From: Planctomycetota bacterium
GTDB lineage: Bacteria; Planctomycetota; Planctomycetia; Pirellulales; UBA1268
Direction: 5' to 3'
DNA length: 64,000 nt
NCBI GenBank assembly: GCA_029978905.1
Contig: JAPOIM010000002.1
Span: 65,507-129,506, forward strand
Part shown: piece by piece, positions 46,957 through 57,225 of the stretch
Layout: the number at the start of each line of letters is the position of its first letter
Numbering within the stretch: the first letter of the stretch is position 1
Made by a program: the position numbers and the translations under genes
Notes under the pieces: model-generated
Database searches by the model: none
What the model was told of the DNA's origin: nothing
What the model saw: the letters and a program-made list of their open reading frames with translations, nothing else

Positions 46957-48333
46957 ATGGCCTACCAACACACCCTCGACAGCCGCGTGTGGCACTTTCC
47001 TGATCTGAAGACGCTGCTCGCGAAGGCCACGCCACACCGCTCAGGCGATGTGCTCGCTGGTGTCGCCGCCGACTCGCCCGTGGAGCGGACCGCCGCCCGC
47101 ATGGCCTTGGCCGACCTCCCGCTCTCCCGGTTTCTCGAGGAACCGGTGGTGCCCGCTGAAACGGACGAGGTTACGCGGCTGATCTTTGAGAGCCACTGCC
47201 GCGACGCGTTTTCGCCAGTGGCCCACCTCACCGTGGGCGATTTCCGCGACTGGTTGCTGAGCGACGCGGCAGACGAAGCCTCCCTGACGGCGCTCCGCCC
47301 CGGGCTGACGCCCGAGATGGTGGCGGCCGTGAGCAAGTTGATGCGTCAACAAGACCTCATCAGCGTGGCTCGCAAGTGCCGTGTCGTCACCCGTTTTCGC
47401 AACACGATCGGGCTCCCCGGCACGCTGGCGATGCGACTGCAGCCAAACCATCCGGCCGATGATCCCCGAGGCGTGCTCGCCGGCGTCCTCGATGGGCTGA
47501 TGTATGGCTGTGGCGACGCCGTGATCGGCGTCAACCCTGTCAGCGACGACATGACCACGCTGGCAATGTTGCTTCGAAACCTCGATGAGGTGATCCAGCG
47601 TTTTGCGATCCCCACCCAGGCGTGTGTCCTCGCGCATGTCAGCAGCCAGATCGAAGCGATCAATGCCGGCCTGCCTGTTGACCTCGTGTTTCAGTCAATC
47701 GGCGGCACCGAGGCCACCAACCGCAGTTTCGGCATCAGCCTGGCCATGCTCCGCGAAGCCCACGATGCCGCCCTTGCCACCGGCCGAGGCACCGTCGGCA
47801 GCAATGTGATGTACTTCGAGACAGGCCAGGGCTCGGCCCTCTCGGCAAACGCCCACCACGGTGTCGATCAGCAAACCTGCGAAGCCCGGGCCTACGGTGT
47901 GGCTCGCGCCTTTGATCCGCTCATTTGCAACACCGTCGTCGGCTTCATCGGGCCGGAGTATCTCCACGATGGCAAGCAGATCATCCGGGCAGGTCTGGAG
48001 GATCACTTCTGCGGCAAGCTCCTCGGCCTGCCGATCGGCTGCGACGCCTGCTACACCAACCATGCCGAGGCCGATGCCGACGACATGGACTCGCTGATGA
48101 CGCTCCTGGCCACGGCGGGCGTGACGTTCCTCATTGGGGTGCCAGGCGCCGACGATGTGATGCTTGGCTACCAGAGTCTGTCGTTCCACGACGCGCTCTA
48201 TCTTCGCGAGGTGTTTGGCCTGCGAAGGGCGCCGGAGTTTGAGGCGTGGCTCGCCGAGATGGACCTCCTGGACCGCCACGGCCGCTTGCTGCCTGTCTCG
48301 ACACGACACCCGCTGCTCTCCATGCAGACATAA
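46957..48333 (+). CDS. eutB: Ethanolamine ammonia-lyase large subunit
   Basis: LLAKATPHRSGDVLAG, RLQPNHPADD, GDAVIGVNP, MYFETGQGSALS, NTVVGFIGPEYL, GLEDHFCGKLLG. Confidence 0.96.
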   Translation: MAYQHTLDSRVWHFPDLKTLLAKATPHRSGDVLAGVAADSPVERTAARMALADLPLSRFLEEPVVPAETDEVTRLIFESHCRDAFSPVAHLTVGDFRDWLLSDAADEASLTALRPGLTPEMVAAVSKLMRQQDLISVARKCRVVTRFRNTIGLPGTLAMRLQPNHPADDPRGVLAGVLDGLMYGCGDAVIGVNPVSDDMTTLAMLLRNLDEVIQRFAIPTQACVLAHVSSQIEAINAGLPVDLVFQSIGGTEATNRSFGISLAMLREAHDAALATGRGTVGSNVMYFETGQGSALSANAHHGVDQQTCEARAYGVARAFDPLICNTVVGFIGPEYLHDGKQIIRAGLEDHFCGKLLGLPIGCDACYTNHAEADADDMDSLMTLLATAGVTFLIGVPGADDVMLGYQSLSFHDALYLREVFGLRRAPEFEAWLAEMDLLDRHGRLLPVSTRHPLLSMQT

Positions 48334-48372
48334 ACTGCATACTTCCTCGCGAGACGGCACTCGCGAGCCTTT

Positions 48373-49224
48373 TTGCCACATGTCCCACAGTCCCCGCGTT
48401 TGATGATGCACGAGCCTCCACCGCTTCCTTCGCTTGCCTTTTCTCCCCAGGGACCTGCCGTGGTTGAGGATCCCTGGGCCGGCCTGCGGTCGCTGACGCC
48501 AGCGCGGATCGCCCTCGGTCGTGCGGGACACGCCCTGCCCACGCGGGAACTGCTCGCCGCCGATGAGGCTCATGCCCGCGCTCGCGCGGCCGTCCACGCC
48601 CCACTCGACGTCGACGCGTTGGGCGACCAACTCCGCGAACTCACCGGCGGAGTACCGCCCGTGCGTGTCGAATCAGCCGCTCCGGACCGTTCTCGTTACC
48701 TGCTCCGCCCCGATCTCGGCCGCCGCCTGTCCGCAGAGAGCAGACGCCAACTCACGCCGCCTGCAGGCCATGCCCCGGGCTGCGATCTTGCGATCTTGAT
48801 CGCAGACGGGCTCTCCACCACCGCGGTCGCTCGGCACGCCGCTGCGGTCGTTGGCGCGATCCTCTCCGCGGCACCCGCGGACTGGCGAATCGCCCCCTTG
48901 GTGCTCGCCACCCAAGCCCGCGTGGCGCTCGGCGACGAGGTTGGTGAACTGCTCGGCGCGCGGCTCATCGCTGTCCTGCTTGGGGAGCGACCCGGGCTCT
49001 CCTGCCAGGAAAGCCTGGGGCTCTACCTGACTTGGGCTCCGCGACCGGGCCGCACCGACGCCGAGCGCAACTGCCTTTCCAACATTCATCCCGGTGGGCT
49101 CTCGCCGGCCAACGTGGCCCACAAACTCTGGTGGCTGGCGGGTGAAGCACGTCGCCTGTCGCTCACCGGTGTGCACCTCAAAGACCGCAGTGGGGCCGCC
49201 GGATTGCTCGGCGAGAACTCGTGA
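48373..49224 (+). CDS. eutC: Ethanolamine ammonia-lyase small subunit
   Basis: TPARIALGRAG, HARARAAVH, YLLRPDLGR, ADGLS, LGERPGLS, DAERNCLSNI. Start uncertain (48373-48406). Confidence 0.94.
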   Translation: MPHVPQSPRLMMHEPPPLPSLAFSPQGPAVVEDPWAGLRSLTPARIALGRAGHALPTRELLAADEAHARARAAVHAPLDVDALGDQLRELTGGVPPVRVESAAPDRSRYLLRPDLGRRLSAESRRQLTPPAGHAPGCDLAILIADGLSTTAVARHAAAVVGAILSAAPADWRIAPLVLATQARVALGDEVGELLGARLIAVLLGERPGLSCQESLGLYLTWAPRPGRTDAERNCLSNIHPGGLSPANVAHKLWWLAGEARRLSLTGVHLKDRSGAAGLLGENS

Positions 49225-49257
49225 GCCGTCACGCGATGGGGCACGCAGCGGCTCCAC

Positions 49258-49980
49258 TCATCGTGAGCGTCGACCGCTAGCGGTGCGGGTTCGCCGCTCC
49301 CACGCCGCCTCCAGTTCCTGGATCGTCTCCCGCTGCACCCGTCGCCACTCTGCCTGCTTCGGCCCTACCCCGTGTTTGGTCTCTTCGTCGTAGCGGGCGT
49401 CCGCTGCGCGGCCTTCTTCCTCAAAACTCGTCAGTTTCTCGGTGAGTTCTCGCGTAAGTATGTCGGTGGCCTCTGCGAGCGTGGCAGCGGACACGGTCCA
49501 GCCACGTCGTCGTTTCTCATCGAAGGCGAGCCGCGCTTTGAGGCACTGAATCCAGGCGTTGTCGGCATGCCCTTGTTCATGTTCGAGAAGCCTTGGATCT
49601 GTCGGCCGCCGGTTCCACGACTGATCCTTTCGCACCACCGCTTTGATGCTCACCTCCGTCACAGTGGCACGCACACGCCCTTCGCGTCCCTCGTAGCGGT
49701 ATCGAAAGTCGTAGCCGAGCTGCGTGCCGGTAAACGCATCGCCCGCTGCATCGCTCGGCACAGTGGCCTGGAAGTCTTGGGCGGTCAGCAGGCCGTCTTC
49801 GTAGAGACGCGTCTCATCGGCAGCGGCGGAGAGCCTTGCGACGCCGCTGATGCTCAGCGCCACGAGCAACCCGTACACGCCCACACAACGCAGCCTCCCC
49901 ACCACGCGACCACATGCACGAAAAGGACGTTTGGTGCACGAAAAATGCGTGCGTCTTGTTTCACGACCACGTACGTTCAC
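49258..49980 (-). CDS. DUF922-like secreted Zn-dependent protease-like protein
   Basis: Signal-like segment; LTAQDF, DQSW, LLEHEQGHAD (HExxH), YDEETKHG, QAEW. Start uncertain. Confidence 0.72.
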   Translation of the reverse strand: MNVRGRETRRTHFSCTKRPFRACGRVVGRLRCVGVYGLLVALSISGVARLSAAADETRLYEDGLLTAQDFQATVPSDAAGDAFTGTQLGYDFRYRYEGREGRVRATVTEVSIKAVVRKDQSWNRRPTDPRLLEHEQGHADNAWIQCLKARLAFDEKRRRGWTVSAATLAEATDILTRELTEKLTSFEEEGRAADARYDEETKHGVGPKQAEWRRVQRETIQELEAAWERRTRTASGRRSR

Positions 49981-50111
49981 GTCGGTTTCTCTTCGTCCGC
50001 GTCGCGTGCTGAAAACACGCCACTGTCAATTCCCGCGATTCCCGCCACCGTCGCCCCTTTCAAAAAGACCACAATTGGGGCGAGAATCCAAGGACACTCA
50101 CCCTCGAGGAG

Positions 50112-51287
50112 ATGGCCGTGGCACGGTTGCTCGCCCGCGACACTGACGTCACGGCGACTACACATGAGACCGAAAGACCACTCTTTACGAGAGTATTTTG
50201 GACATTTCAGTTTCTCTTCTGGACGGTGATGGCCCTGCTCAACATGGGCATGAGCCTTGCGGTCGCCCCCGATCGCTCCGTCGCCTCGATGGCAATCTTC
50301 ATCCGCATCGCAAGTGGCTTCCTGGTAACGGCAGGTGCCTACCGTCTCCTGCACCTCCCTCCGATACAAAAACGGACACGCGTTTTGCGTTGGCTGCTCG
50401 TCGCGGGAGCGACCGTCGCCATGCTCCTGCTCACCCTCGCACCCTTTCACCTGATGGGCATCGGCTTGGGCGTCGTCTGGATGGGCCAGGATCTTCTGGG
50501 TGAAGTTTTGCCCCGGGTGGCGGTGGGGCTTTTTTGGTGTTCGGCAGCCTTCACCCTCGAATCGCTAGAACGTGCCGTCGCCACGGAGGTGCAGCTCGCA
50601 CAGGCGAAGACGGAAGCGGCGAGGAAGGAAGCTCACGCGCTCCAGATGGAGGCAGCGGCCTACGAGCACGAGGTGCATCGCCTGCAGGCTCAGATGAACC
50701 CCCATTTTCTCTTCAATGCGCTCAACACCATCGCGGCCTGCAAAGAGAATCCAGACGAGGTGTCTCGAGTCACCCAAGACCTGGCCGATTTTCTTCGCAG
50801 CGCCCTCCGCGACAACCGCTCCTTGGAACCCCTCTCGCGAGAACTGGGAAATCTCGAGAAGTACTTGGCGGTCCAACAGGCAAGATTCGGCGAGCGGCTC
50901 ACCTGTCGAATTGCGTGCGATCGTGCTGCACGCGGCGTGATGGTGCCACCCCTGATCGTGCAACCGTTGCTCGAAAACGCGATCGCCTATGGAATGCAGA
51001 CCAGCGAGATGCCACTTCGCATCGACGTGACGGCGAAGGTGCACAACGGCCAGCTGTCGGTCAGCGTCACCAACTCTGGGCGATGGGTATCTCCCAACAC
51101 GCTCACGAACCCCGGCACCGGCCTCGCCACGCTCCGCAAACGCCTCGGGCTCTTGGCAGGCCCCGAGGCGTCGGTGCAGGTCGATCCGGGTGAAGGCTTC
51201 GTGCAGGTGCTTGTGCAGGTGCCAGCGGATCTCACCGCGGCGTCTCCCTCCGAGCCCAACCCGTCCACACCGGAGCTGGTGTCGTGA
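50112..51287 (+). CDS. LytS/YehU-type sensor histidine kinase
   Basis: Four TM helices; LQAQMNPHFLFNALNTI, YLAVQQARFGERL, PPLIVQPLLENAI, GTGL. Confidence 0.92.
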   Translation: MAVARLLARDTDVTATTHETERPLFTRVFWTFQFLFWTVMALLNMGMSLAVAPDRSVASMAIFIRIASGFLVTAGAYRLLHLPPIQKRTRVLRWLLVAGATVAMLLLTLAPFHLMGIGLGVVWMGQDLLGEVLPRVAVGLFWCSAAFTLESLERAVATEVQLAQAKTEAARKEAHALQMEAAAYEHEVHRLQAQMNPHFLFNALNTIAACKENPDEVSRVTQDLADFLRSALRDNRSLEPLSRELGNLEKYLAVQQARFGERLTCRIACDRAARGVMVPPLIVQPLLENAIAYGMQTSEMPLRIDVTAKVHNGQLSVSVTNSGRWVSPNTLTNPGTGLATLRKRLGLLAGPEASVQVDPGEGFVQVLVQVPADLTAASPSEPNPSTPELVS

Positions 51288-52081
51288 TCTCGATCCTCCT
51301 TGTTGACGACGAACCCCTCGCGCACGCCCGTATGGAGGCTCTGCTGAGCGAGTTCACTGGCGTTGAAGTCGCGGGCCGCGTGACCAGCCTGCAGCAGGCC
51401 AAGGAATTCCTCGCGACGAACCAGCCCGATGTTGTCTTTCTCGACGTGGAGATGCCCGGCGGGAGCTCGTTCAGCCTCCTGCCGTCGATCGCCGACACGG
51501 CGGACGTCGTGTTTGTGACCGCACACGAGCGACATGCCGTGCAGGCGTTTGCGGTCGGCGCCGTCGACTATCTCGTCAAGCCTGTCGATCCCATTCGCCT
51601 CGCCGACACCCTGCAGCGGCTGCGACGTGGTCGCGCCCCGCACCCGGCATCGTCCGCCGACGCCAGCCCTCAGTCCCACCCCGCACTCGATGGCGCAGAT
51701 GAGGAAAGCCCCTCGCTGACGGTGCCCTTGCGACTGTCAGGGCAGAAGGCGGTGGTCCGCATTCACGATATTTGTTGGATCGAGTCGCTTCGGAACTACA
51801 CGCGGGTCGCCCTGCACAGCCCCGCCCGGCTGCTCGTGTTTCGCCGCAGGCTTGGTGAGTGGCTTCCAGACCTGCCCGATGGCATGTTCGCCCGACTGAG
51901 TCGCTCCGAAGTCGTCCAACTCGCGATGATCCGCGGCACTGAATGGAAGTCCCGTGGCGAAACGGTTGTCACGTTTCATGACGACGCGCCTCCACTCACG
52001 CTTGGTCGGATGTCGGCGCAGAGGCTCAACAGCCTTCTGGACGGGATGAGTGCGTCTCACGATCTGCCGCCGCTGCGGTGA
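51284..52081 (+). CDS. LytTR family response regulator
   Basis: LLVDDE, PDVVFLDVEMP, FVTAH, AVDYLVKP; C-terminal IESLRNYT...FARLSRSEVV. GTGA overlap with the kinase. Confidence 0.92.
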   Translation: MISILLVDDEPLAHARMEALLSEFTGVEVAGRVTSLQQAKEFLATNQPDVVFLDVEMPGGSSFSLLPSIADTADVVFVTAHERHAVQAFAVGAVDYLVKPVDPIRLADTLQRLRRGRAPHPASSADASPQSHPALDGADEESPSLTVPLRLSGQKAVVRIHDICWIESLRNYTRVALHSPARLLVFRRRLGEWLPDLPDGMFARLSRSEVVQLAMIRGTEWKSRGETVVTFHDDAPPLTLGRMSAQRLNSLLDGMSASHDLPPLR

Positions 52082-52409
52082 TCACCATCTCAACTTTGTA
52101 GGTGCCAGCAAGGCCGACCTGCACCATCGCCCGCACGGGCGGCTGCCCCGCAGGCACCCACGCATCCCACAGCTCATTCAGGACGGGCGCGTTTCCAAGA
52201 TCCGTGACATAGATCATCACCTGCAAGAGATCGGTCCGCTGGCCACCAAACGACGCGAGCGTGGCATCGATCTGGTTGAGCACCTGTGCGATCTGACCAC
52301 GGGCGTCGAGCGACATATCCTCCGCCACTTCGACCCAGCGAGCCACGCCACCATGCACCACAAGATCGGCCCATCGCACCGAGGTGCCAACCCGTTGAAT
52401 CTCACTCAC
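52026..52409 (-). CDS. RidA/YjgF family protein
   Basis: QIAQVLNQID, LLQVMIYVTD, NELWDAWV, PPVRAMVQ, KVEMVITAA; GTG start at 52409. Confidence 0.85.
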   Translation of the reverse strand: MSEIQRVGTSVRWADLVVHGGVARWVEVAEDMSLDARGQIAQVLNQIDATLASFGGQRTDLLQVMIYVTDLGNAPVLNELWDAWVPAGQPPVRAMVQVGLAGTYKVEMVITAAAADRETHSSRPEGC

Positions 52410-52434
52410 GCGTCTCTCTCCACGCTGCCCATCC

Positions 52435-54348
52435 TCACGGCACCACGTGCGCCGTTTCCTCGAGATCATTGACCGCTCGATTCGCCACGCGAACCACGTA
52501 TTTGTTTTCGTCGCTGTCACGTGCGGCGATGAGGGCAGAGAGCGCCGGCCGAGCGGCCTCCCCTGCCTCGTCGAGCACAATCGCCGCCTGCAGACGCACC
52601 CACTCCGCATCGCTCGACAGTTCCCGGGTGAGCACCGCGAGCCCCTCCTCCGGCAGATCAAGGCGGAGCACCGCTCGGGCAGCCGCCACCCGCACCACGG
52701 CCGCAGAGTCCTTCAGGCTGCGAACCGCCACGGCGGTAGCGTCGGTGGCGTCTGGGTCGGCGACAGTCCCAATGCCTGTCAGCGCCCAGGCCCGCACCGC
52801 GGCATCCGCATCCGTCGCCGCTGACACCAGTTCCGGGAGGGCAGCAGCTCCCTGCGATGCGAGCGCGGCAGTCGTCGCCAAGCGTTCGGGAAGTGACGAA
52901 TCAACTGTCTCGGTGAGAATCGCGTACCGCGAGCCTGCCTTCTCCTCCCGCTCGACGATCTCCGGCTCTGGCATCAGGCCCAAATCCCTCGTTTCGCGGA
53001 CCCACGCCGCGTGCACCTCGCGCATCTGCGCGAGCCGCTCGGCATGCTGAGGGTCGCTGGCGAGGTTGTGAATCTCGTGGGGATCGGCCTCGAGGTCGTA
53101 GAGTTCTTCCACAGGCTTCTGCGGAGCCATGAAAGTCTCTGCTGCCGGGGGCAGGTCGCCGGCGGTATGCACCCGACGCAACTCCTGCATCGTCGTCCCC
53201 TTCTCCGGCGTGTTCATGTACTGGTAGTACGGCTTCAGCGGTTCGTAGTTGCGGATGTAGCGATACCGCTCGTCGCGGACCGCGCGGATGATGTCATACC
53301 GCTCGTCCATCCGGTCGCGAGCCCCAAACACAAACGCCCGTGGCTCGCCCAAATCGCGCCCCAGAAAGGCCCGCCCCTGCATCACCTCGGGCACCGGCAC
53401 TCCGGCGAGATTGAGCACGGTGGGGCCGAAGTCGATCGAGCTCACGAGTTCGCGATTCACCGAACCCGCAGAGCCCTGCCCGTCCACCTGAAATGCACCT
53501 GGTATCCGCACGATGAGCGGGATGCGGGTGCCGGAGTCGTAGAGCCATCGCTTCGCCCGCGGCAGCCCGGTGCCATGATCGGACCAGAACATAACAATGG
53601 TCTCTTCTTCAAGGCCCGCCTCGCGCACCTCCGCAAGCAAGTTGCCAGCCCAGGCGTCCATGGCCGTGATCAGTTCGTAGCACCGTTTCCAGTCTTCCAG
53701 CACATCGGGCGTCGGAGGGTAATACGGAGGCAACGTCCGCGCCAACGCCTCGGGATCCTGACGCTCTGCCTCCGAGAGGTCTGCCGTCACGCTCTCATAC
53801 TTGCTGGCACTGCTGATGCCGCTCTCATGACAGCCCGTGAAGTTGAAGACCGAAAAAAACGGTTGGCCTTCTTTGCGGTTTCGCCAGTGGGCGGAGCTGC
53901 TCGAAGCATCCCAGGTGTCATTGGGATGCTTGAACTGGTAGTCGGTCTTGGAGTTGTTGGTGCAGTAGTAGCCCGCCTGACGCAGAAGTCGCGGAAAAGG
54001 CTGAACGCTCTCGGGCAGACGAGCCTCACACCGCATGTGATGCGTGCCGATCGTCGTCTGATACATGCCCGTGATGATGCCCGAGCGGCAGGGCGCGCAG
54101 ACGCCCGCCGTGGTGAAAGCGTGCGAATACCGAACCCCATCGCGGGCCAACGCGTCGAGGTGCGGCGTTTTGGCGAGCGGATCGCCATAGCACCCAAGCA
54201 GCGGGCTGATGTCTTCGCAGGAGATCCAGAGGATGTTGGGCCGCCGTTGCTCGGCCGCCTCCAGGCCCTGCGCGACAAACACCCACGCGAAGACCGTCAC
54301 TGCAGCCAGCACGCGTCTGCAATGGCCCAACACTGTGCGATTTTCCAT
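52435..54348 (-). CDS. Sulfatase with C-terminal HEAT repeats
   Basis: PNILWISCEDIS, CAPCRSGIITG, YYCTNNSKTDY, WSDHG, ARDRMDE; C-terminal AVRAWA, VRVAAA, VRLQAA repeats. Confidence 0.92.
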   Translation of the reverse strand: MENRTVLGHCRRVLAAVTVFAWVFVAQGLEAAEQRRPNILWISCEDISPLLGCYGDPLAKTPHLDALARDGVRYSHAFTTAGVCAPCRSGIITGMYQTTIGTHHMRCEARLPESVQPFPRLLRQAGYYCTNNSKTDYQFKHPNDTWDASSSSAHWRNRKEGQPFFSVFNFTGCHESGISSASKYESVTADLSEAERQDPEALARTLPPYYPPTPDVLEDWKRCYELITAMDAWAGNLLAEVREAGLEEETIVMFWSDHGTGLPRAKRWLYDSGTRIPLIVRIPGAFQVDGQGSAGSVNRELVSSIDFGPTVLNLAGVPVPEVMQGRAFLGRDLGEPRAFVFGARDRMDERYDIIRAVRDERYRYIRNYEPLKPYYQYMNTPEKGTTMQELRRVHTAGDLPPAAETFMAPQKPVEELYDLEADPHEIHNLASDPQHAERLAQMREVHAAWVRETRDLGLMPEPEIVEREEKAGSRYAILTETVDSSLPERLATTAALASQGAAALPELVSAATDADAAVRAWALTGIGTVADPDATDATAVAVRSLKDSAAVVRVAAARAVLRLDLPEEGLAVLTRELSSDAEWVRLQAAIVLDEAGEAARPALSALIAARDSDENKYVVRVANRAVNDLEETAHVVP

Positions 54349-54548
54349 CGTTCCCGCTCCCGCTTCGTTCGTCGGCCCCTCTGCACGCAGTTCGGCACAG
54401 GGCTTCTTGTCGGTGGACCAGCGTACCAACCGCTCCCTCGCGCACACACCGTCCGAATCCGCGCTACACTAGGGCCTTCGAAATACATGATCCTTGGACT
54501 GTCTGTGGGGAGGGTGTCGTGAGGGAACGTCAAAGAGGAATCCGTTTT

Positions 54549-56246
54549 ATGCCGCACACATGTCGTCTCGTCCTTTTTGGCCTGGCGCTGGGGATCGCTG
54601 CGGCGGTTTCGTCGACGCAGGCCGCGGACGCTCCGCAACCCAACATCGTGTGGCTCTCGGTCGAAGACATGAGCCCATGGATCGGCCCCTACGGCGACAC
54701 GACCGTGCCTACCCCCAACCTCGACCGGCTCGCAGCCGAGGGCATCACCTACGACAACGCGTTTGCCACCTCACCCGTGTGCGCTCCTGCCCGGTCTTCC
54801 CTGATCACGGGCATGTTCTGCACCCGCATCGGCACGATGCAGATGCGGAACAACACACCAAGCCCCGCCGCAGTCGCCAAGAATCCCGAGGCCTACAAAG
54901 AGATCCCTGGCTACGAAGGCCTCCCTCCCGCGTTCGTGCGTTGCTTTCCGGAACACCTGCGGAAGGCGGGCTACTACTGCACAAACAATTCAAAGAAGGA
55001 CTACCAGTTTGCCGAGCCTGTGACAGTGTGGGACGAATCGAGCCGCAAGGCGCACTGGCGGAATCGCGCCGACGACCAACCTTTTTTTGCCGTCTTCAAC
55101 CACACCGGCACGCACGAAAGCCAGACCTTCCCCAGCACGCCAGCGAGCCCCAAGGTGGTGGCCCACGACGACGTGCCGTTACCCCCAATCTATCCCGACA
55201 CCCCTGCGGTTCGTGAAGCGGTGGCCCGCACCTACGACAACATCGCGCGGATGGATGCGTGGGTGGGAGAGCAGATGGCCGAACTGGAAAAGGCCGGCTT
55301 GCTGGAAAGCACGATCGTGATCTTTTTTAGTGATCACGGAGTCGGCCTGCCGCGTGGCAAGCGTTCCTGCTTCGACACCGGCCTGCGGGTGCCGCTGATT
55401 GTGCGGTTCCCAGACAAGCGCGACGCAGGGAGCCGTGAAGCCCGGGTGGTGAGTTTTATCGACTTTGGTCCGTCGGTGCTCTCCCTGGCAGGCCTCAAGC
55501 CCGATGAGCGGCTCGACGGAACGCCCTTTCTCGGACGCTTCGCCACCGAACGCACCGACTATCGGCAGGGCCGTGCCTACGCCAACGCCGACCGCTTCGA
55601 CGAAGTCTACGACCGCGCACGGACGGTCTCGGACGGTCGCTTCCGGTACACGAGAAACTTCATCACCGATCTGCCCTACCTGATCCGGAATGCCTACCGG
55701 GAACAGATCCCAATGACGTTCGACCTCTACGCGCTCGAAGAAAAAGGCGCTGCGCAGCCTGAGCAGTGGCAGTTCGCTTCTAAGGTGCGGCCGGCGGAGG
55801 AGTTTTACGATTCCGAAGCCGATCCGTGGGAAGTCCACAACCTGATCGACGCCGCCGAACACCAGGCAACGATCGCTCGCCTGCGGAAGGACCTCGAAAC
55901 CTGGATCGACACGACGGGCGACCTTGGCTTCGTGCTCCCCGAAACCAAACTCGTGCGTGAGCACATCTGGCCGCCCGAGGGCGTGCAGCCACAAACGCCG
56001 GCCGCCGAGATCAGCGACAAGGCCGTCCAGCGAGGCGACCGCACGGCATTTGTGGTCACGCTCACCTGCGACGACCCCGCCGCGTCGATCGGCTACCGCG
56101 TGGGAACGAGCAAAAACCACACCGGCCCTTGGCAGGTCTACTCCGGCCCGTTCGAATCTGCTGGCGACATGCGGTTTCTTGAGGTGCAGACACATCGGAT
56201 CGGCCACGCCCCCACCACAACGGGCGCGTACTTAGGAGGCGAATAA
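54549..56246 (+). CDS. Sulfatase (S1 family) with small C-terminal beta domain
   Basis: Signal peptide; PNIVWLSVEDMS, CAPARSSLITG, YYCTNNSKKDY, FSDHG, RFDE. Confidence 0.92.
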   Translation: MPHTCRLVLFGLALGIAAAVSSTQAADAPQPNIVWLSVEDMSPWIGPYGDTTVPTPNLDRLAAEGITYDNAFATSPVCAPARSSLITGMFCTRIGTMQMRNNTPSPAAVAKNPEAYKEIPGYEGLPPAFVRCFPEHLRKAGYYCTNNSKKDYQFAEPVTVWDESSRKAHWRNRADDQPFFAVFNHTGTHESQTFPSTPASPKVVAHDDVPLPPIYPDTPAVREAVARTYDNIARMDAWVGEQMAELEKAGLLESTIVIFFSDHGVGLPRGKRSCFDTGLRVPLIVRFPDKRDAGSREARVVSFIDFGPSVLSLAGLKPDERLDGTPFLGRFATERTDYRQGRAYANADRFDEVYDRARTVSDGRFRYTRNFITDLPYLIRNAYREQIPMTFDLYALEEKGAAQPEQWQFASKVRPAEEFYDSEADPWEVHNLIDAAEHQATIARLRKDLETWIDTTGDLGFVLPETKLVREHIWPPEGVQPQTPAAEISDKAVQRGDRTAFVVTLTCDDPAASIGYRVGTSKNHTGPWQVYSGPFESAGDMRFLEVQTHRIGHAPTTTGAYLGGE

Positions 56247-57199
56247 TGGACTCGGCTCCCTCATCCACGCCCCGTCGTGTGCGTGGCGTGCTCACCGTCA
56301 CGGCCATCATCGCCGTCACGCTGGCGATGGGAACAGCTGCCGCGGTGGCGGCTGGCTGGATCTACTTCCATCCACACTTCGCGTGGAAACGCGGCATTGT
56401 GTACGGCGAGCGAAATGGCACCGAATTGACCCTCGACGTGGTCACACCAGACCAACCCAATGGGCTGGGGGTGGTGTTTGTGGTGAGTGGCGGGTGGAAG
56501 TCGGGCACCGGGTCGTTTCAACCATGGCTGGCCGCTCCCCTGCTCAGGCACGGCTACACCGTGTTTCCCGTGTATCACGTCTCGCAGCCAGAGGCCTCGG
56601 TCAGCGAGATCTTTGAAGACGTCTCGCGCGGCGTGCGGTATGTGCGGGCCCATGCCGACGAGTACGGCATCGACGCCTCGAAACTCGGTGTGGTCGGAGG
56701 CAGTGCGGGTGGGCACCTCTCGCTGATGCTTGCCACCCGCGGAGCCCCAGGCCCTGCCGACGCGGAGGATCCGGTGAGCCGAGCGAGCAGCGAAGTGCAT
56801 TCGGTCGCCATCTTCTACCCGGTGACCGACCTCACAGACCTCTCGGGCTCCACAGAGTTTGCCGGCGAGGGCCAACCTCCCAAGAGTTTTCTCAAAGCAT
56901 TCCGCCAAGAGCCGATCGACTTGCCGAAGTGGCAAGAAACGGCACACGAGCTCTCGCCCATCAAGCACCTCACCGCGTCACTCCCTCCGACTCTGATCCA
57001 CCACGGCAACGCCGACACGCTCGTCCCCTTCAGTCAGTCGAAGCGGTTCATCGACCAGGCTGAGAGGCTCGGCTGCACCGTCAAACTCAAAGAAGTGCCA
57101 GGCGCTGGCCACGGCTGGCTGACAATGCCTTTGGACATCATGGCCTTTGCCAAATGGTTTGATCGCACGCTGCTTCCCACTGCCGGCCAGGCTCAGTAA
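56246..57199 (+). CDS. Alpha/beta hydrolase (BD-FAE-like esterase)
   Basis: VSGGW, GGSAGGHL nucleophile elbow, HGNADTLVP, GAGHG. Confidence 0.88.
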   Translation: MDSAPSSTPRRVRGVLTVTAIIAVTLAMGTAAAVAAGWIYFHPHFAWKRGIVYGERNGTELTLDVVTPDQPNGLGVVFVVSGGWKSGTGSFQPWLAAPLLRHGYTVFPVYHVSQPEASVSEIFEDVSRGVRYVRAHADEYGIDASKLGVVGGSAGGHLSLMLATRGAPGPADAEDPVSRASSEVHSVAIFYPVTDLTDLSGSTEFAGEGQPPKSFLKAFRQEPIDLPKWQETAHELSPIKHLTASLPPTLIHHGNADTLVPFSQSKRFIDQAERLGCTVKLKEVPGAGHGWLTMPLDIMAFAKWFDRTLLPTAGQAQ

Positions 57200-57225
57200 T
57201 CGCCTCTGCTCAGGACCGTTCCAAC

